Positions 39,832 to 51,611 of a stretch of 64,000 nucleotides of DNA are shown in pieces. A program made the translations under genes and the position numbers. Each line of letters starts with the position of its first letter. Within the stretch, counting starts at the first letter, position 1. The stretch lies in assembly GCF_054482525.1 (NCBI RefSeq), contig NZ_CM137006.1. The stretch is one strand, 5' to 3'. Below the pieces are notes generated by a model. The model searched no databases, was not told the origin of the DNA, and saw nothing but the letters and a program-made list of their open reading frames with translations.

Positions 39832-40656
39832 ATGATTTTGACTCCCATACGACGATATGGGGCGATGATTCTTATGTTACTCACTCTGGTGTTTTCGAGT
39901 GAGGTGTTAGCGAAGACGCACACAACAACAGCGAGTCAAAAGTCCCACTTAACTAAAGCTAGTAATAAACAGGTAAGCAGTAAACAAGAGTATTCTCGCA
40001 ATAGTGCAAAGAGTAGTTCACTTCCTGATTTGCGAAAATACCCTTCCGGAACACCAAGGAAAAAGGCGTTTCTCCGGACTGTAATGCCTTACATTACCAG
40101 CCAAAATGCGGCCATTACTGCGGAACGTAACTGGCTGATTTCAAAACAGTATCAGGGCCAATGGTCACCTGCTGAGCGTGCGCGTCTGAAAGACATCGCC
40201 AAACGCTACAAGGTGAAGTGGTCTGGTAATACGCGAAAAATCCCGTGGAATACCTTGCTTGAACGCGTAGACATTATCCCTACCAGTATGGTGGCGACGA
40301 TGGCTGCAGCAGAAAGCGGTTGGGGAACGTCAAAGCTGGCGCGCAACAACAACAATCTGTTCGGCATGAAATGCATGAAAGGACGTTGTACCAATGCGCC
40401 GGGTAAAGTGAAAGGGTACTCACAGTTTAGTTCTGTCAAAGAATCGGTGAGCGCCTATGTCACTAACCTGAATACTCATCCGGCTTACTCTTCGTTCCGT
40501 AAATCGCGTGCACAGCTGCGTAAAGCGGATCAGGAAGTGACTGCCACAGCGATGATTCACAAGCTGAAGGGCTACTCGACTAAAGGGAAGAGTTATAACA
40601 ACTACCTGTTCGCAATGTACCAGGATAACCAACGGTTAATCGCGGCGCATATGTAA
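39832..40656 (+). CDS. bax: Putative glucosaminidase (Bax protein)
   Basis: 274-aa ORF with N-terminal hydrophobic anchor and C-terminal glucosaminidase-like domain; matches recalled Bax. Confidence 0.9.
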   Translation: MILTPIRRYGAMILMLLTLVFSSEVLAKTHTTTASQKSHLTKASNKQVSSKQEYSRNSAKSSSLPDLRKYPSGTPRKKAFLRTVMPYITSQNAAITAERNWLISKQYQGQWSPAERARLKDIAKRYKVKWSGNTRKIPWNTLLERVDIIPTSMVATMAAAESGWGTSKLARNNNNLFGMKCMKGRCTNAPGKVKGYSQFSSVKESVSAYVTNLNTHPAYSSFRKSRAQLRKADQEVTATAMIHKLKGYSTKGKSYNNYLFAMYQDNQRLIAAHM

Positions 40657-40670
40657 TTGCATTTCCTCGA

Positions 40671-40707
40671 GCCTTATCCGACTTGTCAGTCGGATAAGGC
40701 TTTTGCT
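40671..40707 (+). terminator. Rho-independent terminator after bax
   Basis: Stem gccttatccgac / gtcggataaggc (12 bp) with ttgtca loop followed by ttttgct. Confidence 0.65.
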
Positions 40708-40763
40708 CGCATCAGGTGGTTGTGCTGAGTTACCTGAAGCGACGCCGACAATTCTCATCATCG

Positions 40764-41942
40764 CTACAACATGACCTCGCTATTTACATCGCGATACTCT
40801 TTTGGCGTCGTGTCATATGCTTTTTTAAAAACAGAGTAGAAATATTGCAGCGATGGATAACCGCACATTTGCGATATCTCATTGATCGACAAGGTGGTTG
40901 AAATCAGCAGACTGCGCGCTTTCTCCAACTTCTCGGCATGAATCATGGCATGGATGGTTTCACCCACCTCTTCTTTAAAACGCTTCTCAAGATTGGAGCG
41001 CGAGATCCCGACCGCATCGAGTACCTGATCCACTTTAATCCCTTTACAGGCGTGATTACGAATGTAATGCATGGCCTGAATAACGGCGGGATCGGTCAGC
41101 GAGCGGTAATCTGTTGAGCGCCGTTCAATGACGCGAACTGGTGGGACCAAAATCCGCTGTAGCGGCATTTCTTCTTTATCTAATAATCGATGCAACAGTT
41201 TTGCCGCCTGATAGCCCATTTGCCGTGCGCCCTGAGCGACCGAAGAAAGGGCGACACGCGACAGATAGCGGGTCAGTTCTTCGTTATCGATGCCAATCAC
41301 GCATAATTTTTCCGGTACGGGAATGTGTAGATGTTCACATACTTGCAGAATATGCCGTGCCCGGGCGTCAGTAACGGCAATAATCCCGGTTTGCGGTGGC
41401 AGCGTTTGTAGCCAGTCTGCCAGCCGATTTTGCGCGTGTTGCCAGTTCTCTGGCGCGGTTTCTAACCCCTGATAAACCACTCCGCGATACTTTTCTTCGG
41501 CGACAAGCTGACGAAATGCATATTCGCGTTCAGTGGCCCAACGTTTGCCGCTTGATTCCGGAAGACCATAAAAAGCAAAGCGGTTAACGCCTTTCTCTTT
41601 TAAATGCAAAAATGCGCTTTCAACCAGCGCATAGTTATCGGTGGCAATGTAATGAACGGGTGGGTAACTTTCGGCAAGGTGATACGAGCCACCAACCCCA
41701 ACAATGGGGACGTCGACATCAGCCAGCGCTTGCTCGATTTGTTTGTCGTCGAAGTCGGCAATGACGCCATCTCCTAACCAGTCCTTGATTTTATCAATGC
41801 GGGCGCGGAAATCTTCTTCAATGAAAATATCCCATTCCGATTGTGACGCCTGTAAATATTCCCCTACGCCTTCTACTACCTGCCGGTCATAGGCTTTATT
41901 GGCATTGAACAGTAATGTGATGCGGTGACGTTTAGTAAACAT
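40764..41942 (-). CDS. xylR: Xylose operon transcriptional activator (AraC-family with periplasmic-binding-protein-like domain)
   Basis: 392-aa ORF; C-terminal AraC HTH (INEISQMCGYPSLQYFYSVFKKAYDTTPKEYR). Confidence 0.93.
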   Translation of the reverse strand: MFTKRHRITLLFNANKAYDRQVVEGVGEYLQASQSEWDIFIEEDFRARIDKIKDWLGDGVIADFDDKQIEQALADVDVPIVGVGGSYHLAESYPPVHYIATDNYALVESAFLHLKEKGVNRFAFYGLPESSGKRWATEREYAFRQLVAEEKYRGVVYQGLETAPENWQHAQNRLADWLQTLPPQTGIIAVTDARARHILQVCEHLHIPVPEKLCVIGIDNEELTRYLSRVALSSVAQGARQMGYQAAKLLHRLLDKEEMPLQRILVPPVRVIERRSTDYRSLTDPAVIQAMHYIRNHACKGIKVDQVLDAVGISRSNLEKRFKEEVGETIHAMIHAEKLEKARSLLISTTLSINEISQMCGYPSLQYFYSVFKKAYDTTPKEYRDVNSEVML

Positions 41943-42019
41943 GGTTCTTTTCCTGCTGAATCATGCAAAAACTCAAAACCGGTAATACATTACCGGCTTT
42001 GAGAAAATTTTTATCAAAA

Positions 42020-43201
42020 TCAAGAACGGCGTTTGGTTGCGGAGTCCATCCATACTGCCAGCAACAGAATCGCACCTTTAACGATATACTGCCAGAAGGT
42101 CGGTACATCCATCATACTCATGCCGTTATCCAGTGAAGCCATGATGAATGCCCCCATTACCGCTCCGGCAACGCTTCCCACACCGCCAGCCAGACTGGTG
42201 CCGCCAATCACGCATGCGGCAATTGCGTCCAGTTCGGCGATATTTCCCGCAGAAGGTGAACCAGCGCCAAGTCGAGAACTGAGGATTAATCCGGCGATAG
42301 CGACCATTAATCCGTTAATAGCGAATACGGCAAGTTTGGTGCGTTCAACGTTAATCCCGGAGAGACGTGCTGCTTCCAGATTGCCGCCGATGGCATAAAT
42401 GCGTCGTCCAAATGCCGTCCGCGTTGCCATAAACATTCCGCCGAGTAACAGCAACGTCAGCAGCAGAACGGGAGTGGGAACGCCACGGTAATCGTTCAAC
42501 AGCCAGATTGCGCCTAAGACGATAATCGCCGTTAATGACTGGCGACCGACAACTGCGGTAGAGGCCGGAGACTGCAAACCCAAAGCCTGACGGCGCATTC
42601 TTCCGCGCCATTGCCAGCCAACAAAAGCCATTAAGCCAAGCGCGCCAATGATGAAGCCGGTGCTGGCGGGTAGATAGCTTTGCCCAATTTGTGACATCGC
42701 GGCGCTGGTGGGAGATACAGTCGTGCCGTTGGTGATGCCAATGAGTATGCCGCGAAATGCCAACATGCCCGCGAGGGTGACAATAAATGAAGGGACTTTG
42801 CGGTACGCTACCCACCATCCGTTCCAGGCACCGAGAAGCAGTCCCAGAACCAAAGTCACAATGATGGTAAGTGGCAAAGGCCAGCCTAGCCAGACGTCAC
42901 AAATCGCCGCGACGCCACCTAATAGCCCCATCATTGAGCCGACGGAAAGGTCGATTTCAGCAGAAATTATGACGAACACCATTCCTACCGCGAGGATGCC
43001 GGTAATCGCGGTCTGGCGTAACAGGTTGGAGACGTTACGGGCGCTTAAGTAGGCACCATCGGTGGTCCAGGTAAAGAACAGCATGATTGCGATGATAGCT
43101 GCAATCATCACGAAGACCTGCAAATTCAGTGACTTCAGCCCGGAAAAGCCACCGGATGTCGGTACGGCCAATTTCACTTCAGACGGATTGCTTTTCGACA
43201 T
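42020..43201 (-). CDS. xylH: Xylose ABC transporter permease
   Basis: 393-aa polytopic membrane ORF; overlaps xylG end. Confidence 0.93.
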   Translation of the reverse strand: MSKSNPSEVKLAVPTSGGFSGLKSLNLQVFVMIAAIIAIMLFFTWTTDGAYLSARNVSNLLRQTAITGILAVGMVFVIISAEIDLSVGSMMGLLGGVAAICDVWLGWPLPLTIIVTLVLGLLLGAWNGWWVAYRKVPSFIVTLAGMLAFRGILIGITNGTTVSPTSAAMSQIGQSYLPASTGFIIGALGLMAFVGWQWRGRMRRQALGLQSPASTAVVGRQSLTAIIVLGAIWLLNDYRGVPTPVLLLTLLLLGGMFMATRTAFGRRIYAIGGNLEAARLSGINVERTKLAVFAINGLMVAIAGLILSSRLGAGSPSAGNIAELDAIAACVIGGTSLAGGVGSVAGAVMGAFIMASLDNGMSMMDVPTFWQYIVKGAILLLAVWMDSATKRRS

Positions 43202-44720
43202 GATGTTCGCTCCTCAATGCGGCTTCCATCACCTGCTCCTGAGTCAGGTTATGATTTATCAGGTTGGCTTTTAGTTTCCCTTCATGCATCACCAGTACAC
43301 GATCGCTAAGGCCGAGCACTTCTGGTAATTCGGAAGAGATGACAATAACGGCAATACCCTGCTGGACGAGTTGGTTAATTAATTTGTAGATCTCGTATTT
43401 CGCGCCAATATCGATACCCCTGGTGGGTTCATCAAGAATGAGAATGCGCGGGTTGAGTAACAGACATCGAGCGAGGATCGCTTTTTGCTGATTGCCGCCG
43501 CTCAAACGTCCAATAGCAAGGTCGGGGGACGACGTTTTAACTTTGAGTTGCTGGATTGATTCCAGAATACATTTTTGCTCTGCCGCGTCATCAAGCTGGC
43601 TAATACCGCCGGTAAATTTATTGAGTGCGGCGAGGGTAATATTTTTACCAACCGCCATTACCGGAACGATGCCGTCGCGCTTTCTGTCTTCGGGTACCAT
43701 CGCAATCCCCTGGGCGATGGCTTGCTGACAGTTACGAATATCTACCTGTTTGCCATCAATATAAATTTTTCCTTCCCATTGTCCGGGCCACACGCCAAAC
43801 AGGCACTGAATGGTCTCGGTACGTCCGGCACCAACGAGTCCGGCAATACCCAGTATTTCGCCACGTTTCAGGGAAAACGAGACATCATTAACTCGTTTAA
43901 TATGACGATTGACCGGATGCCATGCCGTCAGATGTTCAATACGTAATATTTCATCTCCGGTGGTATGTGGTTCATTAGGGTAAAGCGCGGTTAACTCTCG
44001 CCCGACCATCATGGTGATAATATCGTCTTCACTCATTCCGGCAGCATCACGCGTACCAATGTGCTGACCGTCGCGAATAACGCAAATCGTATCGGAAATC
44101 GCTTTGACTTCGTTGAGTTTGTGCGAAATATAAATACAGGCGATACCGTGCTGTTGTAGATCGCGAATAATATCCAGTAAAACCGACGTTTCCTGCTCAG
44201 TTAATGAGGCTGTCGGTTCATCGAGAATTAACAAGCGCACCTGTTTATTAAGTGCCTTGGCAATTTCAACCAGTTGTTGTTGCCCAAGCCCTAAATCGCC
44301 AACGCGGGTATCAGGTGAAATGGATAAACTGACCTGTGCGAGCAGCTTCTGACAGCGTAGCGTCATCAGGTCATAATCCATAATGCCATTGTGGGTTATT
44401 TCGTTACCCAGGAAGATATTTTCCAGCACGGTCAATTCTTTCACCAGGGCCAATTCCTGGTGAATGATGGCGATACCTTTGCGTTCGGTATCGCGGATGT
44501 GACTCGCCTGAATCTCTTCTCCCGCAAAAATAATTTCGCCTTCGTAGGAGCCATGGGGATAAATACCACACAGCACTTTCATCAGCGTTGATTTACCAGA
44601 CCCATTTTCCCCACAGAGTGAGACGATTTCGCCAGCATTCAACCGCAAGCTGACGTTATCAATCGCCTTCACACTGCCGAAGGTTTTGGTAATGTTCTTC
44701 ATTTCAAGTAGATAAGGCAT
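43179..44720 (-). CDS. xylG: Xylose ABC transporter ATP-binding protein
   Basis: 513-aa ORF with two ABC ATPase cassettes (GENGSGKST / LSGGNQQK motifs). Confidence 0.93.
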   Translation of the reverse strand: MPYLLEMKNITKTFGSVKAIDNVSLRLNAGEIVSLCGENGSGKSTLMKVLCGIYPHGSYEGEIIFAGEEIQASHIRDTERKGIAIIHQELALVKELTVLENIFLGNEITHNGIMDYDLMTLRCQKLLAQVSLSISPDTRVGDLGLGQQQLVEIAKALNKQVRLLILDEPTASLTEQETSVLLDIIRDLQQHGIACIYISHKLNEVKAISDTICVIRDGQHIGTRDAAGMSEDDIITMMVGRELTALYPNEPHTTGDEILRIEHLTAWHPVNRHIKRVNDVSFSLKRGEILGIAGLVGAGRTETIQCLFGVWPGQWEGKIYIDGKQVDIRNCQQAIAQGIAMVPEDRKRDGIVPVMAVGKNITLAALNKFTGGISQLDDAAEQKCILESIQQLKVKTSSPDLAIGRLSGGNQQKAILARCLLLNPRILILDEPTRGIDIGAKYEIYKLINQLVQQGIAVIVISSELPEVLGLSDRVLVMHEGKLKANLINHNLTQEQVMEAALRSEHHVEKQSV

Positions 44721-44797
44721 AACGACTCCACCTAAGCCAATTCATTCACGCGGCATGGAGAGAAATCACGCCCCCGCTCTGCGCCGGGGCGTAACGC

Positions 44798-45790
44798 TTA
44801 CAGCTCGCTCTCTTTGTGGAATCCGTCTTTAACTACCGTGTCTTTGATGTTGTTTTTATTCACATCGATCGGTATCAGCAGGCGGGAGGGAACATCTTTC
44901 AGGCCATTATTCAGTGTGGTATCTGCTTTTGGTTCCTGACCATTGCCCAACTCAACGGCAATTTCTGCGGCAGTATTTGCCAACAATGTAATAGGTTTAT
45001 ACACCGTCATAGTTTGCGTACCGGCAGCAATACGTTTAATACCTGCGAGATCCGCATCCTGGCCGGAAATTGCTACTTTCCCTGATAAACCTTGCGCGCT
45101 TAATGCCTGAATTGCCCCACCTGCGGTGGCATCGTTTGAGGCAACTACAGCATCAATTTTGTTGTTATTGGCGGTTAGCGCGTTTTCCATAATTTTTAAT
45201 GCGTTTTCCGGTAACCAGCCATCAACCCATTGGTCACCAACGACTTTAATTTTTCCGGAATCAACGTAAGGTTTTAACACTTTCATTTGCCCGGCGCGGA
45301 ACAGCTTGGCGTTGTTATCTACCGGCGAGCCGCCCATCAGGAAGTAATTACCTTGCGGGACAATATCGACCAGGGCTTTTGCCTGCAACTCACCGACTTT
45401 TTCGTTATCAAAAGAAATATAAAAATCGATATCCGCATCGTTAATCATACGGTCGTAAGCTAATACTTTAATACCTTCTTGTTTGGCTTCTTTTACAACG
45501 TTACTTAATACCTGACCGTTATACGGAATAATGACAAGAACATCGACACCCCGGTTAATCATGTTTTCAATCTGCGACATTTGTGTTTCTTCATTGCCAT
45601 TTGCAGACTGTACAAATACTTTCGCGCCGAGAGATTCTGCCTTTTTCACAAAAATATCTCGATCTTTTTGCCAGCGTTCAAGACGGAGATCATCAATCGC
45701 CATACCTATTTTGACTTCTTTGGCGTGTGCCGCAACGTTGGTAAGCAGAAGTGAGGTGCAAAGGGTGAGTAGAATGTTCTTTATTTTCAT
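44798..45790 (-). CDS. xylF: D-xylose ABC transporter periplasmic binding protein
   Basis: Translation from ATG at 45790 (MKIKNILLTLCTSLLLTNVAAHA...) gives 330 aa with signal peptide; ORF-track start is a 26-codon extension. Confidence 0.92.
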   Translation of the reverse strand: MKIKNILLTLCTSLLLTNVAAHAKEVKIGMAIDDLRLERWQKDRDIFVKKAESLGAKVFVQSANGNEETQMSQIENMINRGVDVLVIIPYNGQVLSNVVKEAKQEGIKVLAYDRMINDADIDFYISFDNEKVGELQAKALVDIVPQGNYFLMGGSPVDNNAKLFRAGQMKVLKPYVDSGKIKVVGDQWVDGWLPENALKIMENALTANNNKIDAVVASNDATAGGAIQALSAQGLSGKVAISGQDADLAGIKRIAAGTQTMTVYKPITLLANTAAEIAVELGNGQEPKADTTLNNGLKDVPSRLLIPIDVNKNNIKDTVVKDGFHKESEL

Positions 45791-46155
45791 GGTGTAGGGC
45801 CTTCTGTAGGTAGAGGACAGCTTTAATAAGTAACAATCACCGCGATAAACGTAACCAATTTTTAGCAACTAAACAGGGGAAAACAATTACAGATTTTTAT
45901 CTTTCGATTACGATTTTTGGTTTATTTCTTGATTTATGACAGAGATCTTACTTTTGTTGCGCAATTGTACTTATTGCATTTTTCTCTTCGAGGAATTACC
46001 CAGTTTCATCATTCCATTTTATTTTGCGAGCGAGCGCACACTTGTGAATTATCTCAATAGCAGTGTGAAATAACATAATTGAGCAACTGAAAGGGAGTGC
46101 CCAATATTACGACATCATCCATCACCCGCGGCATTACCTGATTATGGAGTTCAAT
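45791..46155. promoter_or_regulatory. Divergent xylAB / xylFGH promoter region with XylR and CRP control elements
   Basis: Intergenic region between divergent xylF and xylA; contains TGTGA-containing repeats (ttgtgaattatctcaatagcagtgtgaaata, about 46041..46071); exact operators not resolved by eye. Confidence 0.6.
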
Positions 46156-47478
46156 ATGCAAGCCTATTTTGACCAGCTCGATCGCGTTCGTTATGAAGGC
46201 TCAAAATCCTCTAACCCGTTAGCATTCCATCACTATAATCCCGACGAACTGGTGTTGGGCAAGCGTATGGAAGAACACTTGCGTTTTGCCGCCTGCTACT
46301 GGCACACCTTCTGCTGGAACGGGGCGGACATGTTTGGTGTGGGGGCGTTTAATCGTCCGTGGCAGCAGCCTGGTGAGGCACTGGCGTTGGCGAAGCGTAA
46401 AGCAGATGTCGCATTTGAGTTTTTCCACAAGTTACATGTGCCATTTTATTGCTTCCACGATGTGGATGTTTCCCCTGAGGGCGCGTCGTTAAAAGAGTAC
46501 ATCAATAATTTTGCGCAAATGGTTGATGTCCTGGCAGGCAAGCAAGAAGAGAGCGGCGTGAAGCTGCTGTGGGGAACCGCTAACTGCTTTACAAACCCTC
46601 GCTACGGCGCGGGTGCGGCGACGAACCCAGATCCTGAAGTCTTCAGCTGGGCGGCATCGCAAGTTGTTACAGCGATGGAAGCAACCCATAAATTGGGCGG
46701 TGAAAACTATGTCCTGTGGGGCGGTCGTGAAGGTTACGAAACGTTGTTAAATACCGACTTGCGTCAGGAGCGTGAACAGCTGGGCCGCTTTATGCAAATG
46801 GTGGTTGAGCATAAACATAAAATCGGCTTCCAGGGTACGTTGCTTATCGAACCGAAACCGCAAGAACCGACCAAACATCAATATGATTACGATGCTGCGA
46901 CAGTCTATGGCTTCCTGAAACAGTTTGGTCTGGAAAAAGAGATTAAACTGAACATTGAAGCTAACCACGCGACGCTGGCAGGTCACTCTTTCCATCATGA
47001 AATAGCCACCGCCATTGCGCTTGGCCTGTTCGGTTCTGTCGACGCTAACCGTGGCGATGCACAACTGGGCTGGGACACCGACCAGTTCCCGAACAGTGTG
47101 GAAGAGAATGCGTTGGTGATGTATGAAATTCTCAAAGCAGGCGGTTTCACCACCGGCGGTCTGAACTTCGATGCCAAAGTACGTCGTCAAAGTACTGATA
47201 AATATGATCTGTTTTACGGTCATATCGGCGCGATGGATACGATGGCGTTGGCGCTGAAAATTGCAGCACGCATGATTGAAGATGGCGAGCTGGATAAACG
47301 CATCGCGCAGCGTTATTCCGGCTGGAATAGCGAATTAGGCCAGCAAATCCTGAAAGGCCAAATGTCACTGGCAGATTTAGCCAAATATGCTCAGGAACAC
47401 AATTTGTCTCCGGTGCATCAGAGTGGTCGCCAGGAGCAACTGGAAAATCTGGTAAACCATTATCTGTTCGACAAATAA
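46156..47478 (+). CDS. xylA: Xylose isomerase
   Basis: Translation from ATG at 46156 ([24 protein letters not shown]...) gives 440 aa; ORF track adds 4 codons. Confidence 0.95.
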   Translation: MQAYFDQLDRVRYEGSKSSNPLAFHHYNPDELVLGKRMEEHLRFAACYWHTFCWNGADMFGVGAFNRPWQQPGEALALAKRKADVAFEFFHKLHVPFYCFHDVDVSPEGASLKEYINNFAQMVDVLAGKQEESGVKLLWGTANCFTNPRYGAGAATNPDPEVFSWAASQVVTAMEATHKLGGENYVLWGGREGYETLLNTDLRQEREQLGRFMQMVVEHKHKIGFQGTLLIEPKPQEPTKHQYDYDAATVYGFLKQFGLEKEIKLNIEANHATLAGHSFHHEIATAIALGLFGSVDANRGDAQLGWDTDQFPNSVEENALVMYEILKAGGFTTGGLNFDAKVRRQSTDKYDLFYGHIGAMDTMALALKIAARMIEDGELDKRIAQRYSGWNSELGQQILKGQMSLADLAKYAQEHNLSPVHQSGRQEQLENLVNHYLFDK

Positions 47479-47549
47479 CGGCTAACTGTGCAGTCCGTTG
47501 GCCCGGTTATCGGTAGCGATACCGGGCATTTTTTTAAGGAACGATCGAT

Positions 47550-49004
47550 ATGTATATCGGGATAGATCTTGGCACCTCGGGCGTAAAAGTTATTTTGCTC
47601 AACGAGCAGGGCGAGGTGGTTGCTTCGCAAACGGAAAAGCTGACCGTTTCGCGCCCGCATCCACTCTGGTCGGAACAAGACCCGGAACAGTGGTGGCAGG
47701 CAACTGATCGCGCAATGAAAGCCCTGGGCGATCAGCATTCTCTGCAGGACGTTAAAGCATTGGGTATTGCCGGCCAGATGCACGGTGCAACCTTACTGGA
47801 TGCCCAGCAACGGTTATTACGCCCTGCCATTTTGTGGAACGACGGGCGCTGTGCGCAAGAGTGCACTTTGCTGGAAGCGCGAGTTCCGCAATCACGGGTG
47901 ATTACCGGTAACCTGATGATGCCCGGATTTACTGCGCCTAAATTGCTATGGGTTCAGCGGCATGAGCCGGAGATATTCCGTCAAATCGACAAAGTATTAT
48001 TACCGAAAGATTACTTGCGTCTGCGTATGACGGGGGAGTTTGCCAGCGATATGTCTGACGCAGCTGGCACCATGTGGCTGGATGTCGCAAAGCGTGACTG
48101 GAGTGACGACATGCTGCAGGCTTGCCACTTATCTCGTGACCAGATGCCCACATTATACGAAGGCAGCGAAATTACTGGGGCTTTGCTACCTGAAGTTGCG
48201 AAAGCGTGGGGTATGGCGGCGGTGCCAGTTGTCGCAGGCGGTGGTGATAATGCAGCTGGTGCGGTTGGTGTAGGAATGGTTGATGCTAATCAGGCAATGT
48301 TATCGCTGGGGACGTCGGGGGTCTATTTTGCTGTCAGCGAAGGGTTCTTAAGCAAGCCAGAAAGCGCCGTACACAGCTTTTGCCATGCGCTACCGCAGCG
48401 TTGGCATTTAATGTCTGTGATGCTGAGTGCAGCGTCGTGTCTGGATTGGGCTGCGAAATTAACGGGCCTGAACAATGTCCCAGCTTTAATCGCGGCTGCT
48501 CAACAGGCTGATGAAAGTGCCGAGCCAGTTTGGTTTCTGCCTTATCTTTCCGGCGAGCGTACACCACACAATAATCCCCAGGCGAAGGGGGTTTTCTTTG
48601 GTTTGACTCATCAACATGGCCCCAATGAACTGGCGCGAGCAGTGCTGGAAGGCGTGGGTTATGCGCTGGCAGATGGCATGGATGTCGTGCATGCCTGCGG
48701 CATTAAACCGCAAAGTGTTACGTTGATTGGTGGCGGGGCGCGTAGTGAGTACTGGCGTCAGATGCTGGCGGATATCAGCGGTCAGCAACTCGATTACCGT
48801 ACGGGGGGGGATGTGGGGCCAGCACTGGGCGCAGCAAGGCTGGCGCAGATTGCGGCGAATCCAGAGAAATCGCTCATTGAGTTGTTGCCGCAGTTACCGT
48901 TAGAACAGTCGCATCTACCAGATGCGCAGCGTTATGCCGCTTATCAGCCACGACGAGAAACGTTCCGTCGCCTCTATCAGCAACTTCTGCCATTAATGGC
49001 GTAA
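47550..49004 (+). CDS. xylB: Xylulokinase
   Basis: 484-aa FGGY-family kinase ORF (MYIGIDLGTSGVKVILLNEQGEV...). Confidence 0.95.
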   Translation: MYIGIDLGTSGVKVILLNEQGEVVASQTEKLTVSRPHPLWSEQDPEQWWQATDRAMKALGDQHSLQDVKALGIAGQMHGATLLDAQQRLLRPAILWNDGRCAQECTLLEARVPQSRVITGNLMMPGFTAPKLLWVQRHEPEIFRQIDKVLLPKDYLRLRMTGEFASDMSDAAGTMWLDVAKRDWSDDMLQACHLSRDQMPTLYEGSEITGALLPEVAKAWGMAAVPVVAGGGDNAAGAVGVGMVDANQAMLSLGTSGVYFAVSEGFLSKPESAVHSFCHALPQRWHLMSVMLSAASCLDWAAKLTGLNNVPALIAAAQQADESAEPVWFLPYLSGERTPHNNPQAKGVFFGLTHQHGPNELARAVLEGVGYALADGMDVVHACGIKPQSVTLIGGGARSEYWRQMLADISGQQLDYRTGGDVGPALGAARLAQIAANPEKSLIELLPQLPLEQSHLPDAQRYAAYQPRRETFRRLYQQLLPLMA

Positions 49005-49172
49005 ACGTTATCCCCTGCCTGACCGGGTGGGGGATAATTCACATCTATATATCTCAGTAATTAATTAATATTTAGTATGAATTTATTCTGAAAATCATTT
49101 GTTAATGGCATTTTTCAGTTTTGTCTTTCGTTGGTTACTCGTAATGTATCGCTGGTAGATATGGAGATCGTT

Positions 49173-49514
49173 ATGAAAACCTCAAAGACTGTGGCAAAAC
49201 TATTATTTGTTGTCGGGGCGCTGGTTTATCTGGTTGGGCTATGGATCTCATGCCCATTGTTAAGTGGAAAAGGCTATTTTCTTGGCGTATTAATGACAGC
49301 AACTTTTGGCAACTATGCATATCTTCGCGCAGAAAAACTCGGGCAACTGGATAATTTTTTTACCCATATCTGCCAGTTAGTTGCGTTAATCACTATCGGT
49401 CTCTTGTTTATCGGTGTTTTAAATGCACCTATCAATGCTTATGAAATGGTGATCTACCCCATCGCCTTTTTTGTCTGCTTGTTTGGTCAAATGCGTTTGT
49501 TTCGCCCGGCATGA
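49173..49514 (+). CDS. yiaB: Inner membrane protein
   Basis: Translation from ATG at 49173 (MKTSKTVAKLLFVVGALVYLVGLW...) gives 113 aa; paralogous in pattern to yiaA. Confidence 0.85.
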   Translation: MKTSKTVAKLLFVVGALVYLVGLWISCPLLSGKGYFLGVLMTATFGNYAYLRAEKLGQLDNFFTHICQLVALITIGLLFIGVLNAPINAYEMVIYPIAFFVCLFGQMRLFRPA

Positions 49515-49559
49515 GCAACATAAAGCTCTTACACATTCAGGAATGAAAGGAATACTGTG

Positions 49560-49997
49560 ATGGACAACAAAATATCAACCTATTCTCCGGCATTCAGTAT
49601 TGTGTCATGGATAGCTCTCGTTGGTGGTATCGTTACCTATCTGTTAGGGCTATGGAATGCAGAGATGCAGTTAAATGAAAAAGGATATTATTTTGCCGTA
49701 CTGGTATTAGGACTGTTTTCTGCGGCGTCTTATCAAAAGACCGTTCGGGACAAGTATGAAGGAATACCGACCACCTCCATTTATTATATGACCTGCCTGA
49801 CTGTCTTTATTATCTCTGTTGCATTACTGATGGTAGGTCTGTGGAATGCGACGTTATTACTCAGCGAGAAAGGTTTTTATGGACTGGCTTTCTTCTTAAG
49901 CTTGTTTGGTGCAGTAGCGGTGCAGAAGAATATTCGTGATGCCGGAATAAACCCACCAAAAGAAACACAGGTTACCCAGGAAGAATACAGCGAATAA
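49560..49997 (+). CDS. yiaA: Inner membrane protein
   Basis: 145-aa translation [23 protein letters not shown]..., tandem repeat of the YiaB-like membrane module. Confidence 0.85.
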
Positions 49998-50004
49998 TTC
50001 ACAT

Positions 50005-50040
50005 AAGCCCGGTCAGTCCAATGTGACCGGGCTTTTATTT
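50005..50040. terminator. Bidirectional terminator between convergent yiaA and wecH
   Basis: Stem aagcccggtca / tgaccgggctt flanked by A-run and T-run (gcttttattt). Confidence 0.6.
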
Positions 50041-51034
50041 AACTCACTAGTCTGTTTCTGTCGATTCGTTGTACCAGCATAGAAAGTAACAAACTCGCTG
50101 CCAACGTCGCGCAAAAGATCCAAATAATATCGAGTATTGGCCAGTTTTTAAGCTCAATCCCCCGGGTGCGCAGTGCATGGATAATCAAGGCGTGGAATCC
50201 GTATATACCCAACGAATGGCGGGAGATTAAGCCAAGTCCGCGAACGGTACGCGTATCCAGCGTGTTTTTAACCAGAGTCAATAGCGTGATTGCGCAGATA
50301 AAAACCATCGGCCCACAGTAAAGATACCAGGTATCGGCAAAATTTCCGCGCCACTGCAATTCATATAATGTCCCGCGAGAGATAATAAAAACCCCCGTCG
50401 CAAACAGTGCGGCGCACACCCACGACAGTGCTTTATGCTGTGTGTCCATCATCCCTATAGCGCGGCCCAACATGCCATACAGGATGTAGTAAAAAGTATC
50501 GCCATTGATATATAAGTTAATTGGCAGCCATTCAAAACCGTCAATTTTCTGCGGCACTGTGTTTGGGTTAGCGATAATGCCAATCACCACCATTAGCACC
50601 AGCAACATTTTTCCGCCGACGTTCTTCACCTGAATCAGCGGTGAAACCAGATAAATCACCGCAATCGCGAAGAAAAACCACAAGTGGTAAAACACTGGCT
50701 TTTGCAGCAGGTTTTTCAGCGCTAACTCCATATTGATGGAGGTAAACAGCGCAATGTAGAGCAGTGCGATTGCGCTATAAAAAAGCAGACATAAGCCGAT
50801 ACGTAAAAAATGGCGCGGCTGGGCGCTGCGTTCGCCAAAAAAGAGATAGCCGGAAATCATGAAAAATAGCGGCACGCTGACACGAGAGGCAGAATTCAGA
50901 ACATTGGCGATATCCCAGGTGACGGGGCTAACACTATGAGCATTGGTCACATACCAGGTAGTGGTGTGAATCATCACCACCATTAAACACGCTATCCCTC
51001 GCAGGTTATCAATCCAGTAAATTTTGGGCTGCAT
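50039..51034 (-). CDS. wecH: O-acetyltransferase (acyltransferase-3 family)
   Basis: 331-aa polytopic membrane [26 protein letters not shown]...; matches recalled WecH/YiaH. Confidence 0.9.
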   Translation of the reverse strand: MQPKIYWIDNLRGIACLMVVMIHTTTWYVTNAHSVSPVTWDIANVLNSASRVSVPLFFMISGYLFFGERSAQPRHFLRIGLCLLFYSAIALLYIALFTSINMELALKNLLQKPVFYHLWFFFAIAVIYLVSPLIQVKNVGGKMLLVLMVVIGIIANPNTVPQKIDGFEWLPINLYINGDTFYYILYGMLGRAIGMMDTQHKALSWVCAALFATGVFIISRGTLYELQWRGNFADTWYLYCGPMVFICAITLLTLVKNTLDTRTVRGLGLISRHSLGIYGFHALIIHALRTRGIELKNWPILDIIWIFCATLAASLLLSMLVQRIDRNRLVS

Positions 51035-51208
51035 CTGTGTCTCTGTATCTGGTTAAAAAAAGTCTGACCGATAAATCATTCGGTTGGCGCACTGGAATAA
51101 TCTGAGTTTTATCACTACAGCTTATAGAGGCTTAAGGAAATTCGTAAGATATCAGCCACTATACCGATATAAATAATAAGACTCACCTGCAAACCAGACG
51201 GTAATTTA

Positions 51209-51517
51209 ATGATGATGAACTCTTTCTTTCCGGCAATGGCGCTTATGGTGCTTATGGCGCTAGTGGGTTGTTCTACACCGCCACCCGTGCAGAAAGCACA
51301 ACGGGTAAAGGTTGATCCTCTGCGTTCGTTGAATATGGAAGGGCTATGCAAAGATCAGGCGGCAAAACGCTATAATACAGGTGCGCAAAAAATCGACGTC
51401 ACCGCATTTGAACAGTTCCAGGGGAGCTACGAAATGCGCGGTTATACCTTCCGTAAAGAGCAGTTTGTCTGTTCTTTTGACGCAGATGGCCATTTTTTGC
51501 ATCTTTCCATGCGTTAA
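51209..51517 (+). CDS. ysaB: Small lipoprotein
   Basis: About 100-aa ORF with lipoprotein signal (LMALVGCSTP); exact start among three consecutive Met codons uncertain. Confidence 0.8.
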   Translation: MMMNSFFPAMALMVLMALVGCSTPPPVQKAQRVKVDPLRSLNMEGLCKDQAAKRYNTGAQKIDVTAFEQFQGSYEMRGYTFRKEQFVCSFDADGHFLHLSMR

Positions 51518-51611
51518 GCCCTGCTTTTTCCCGTTTCGTACTGTATATCTTCCATCCAGCGGGTATACTGATCCCTTCCTTTAAATCCACACGTATCCAG
51601 CACGAAATAAT

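Noticed and set aside
49005-49172. Hairpin ttatcccc...gggggataa after xylB as a terminator
   Set aside because: Stem present but followed by mixed sequence rather than a U-tract; left uncalled.
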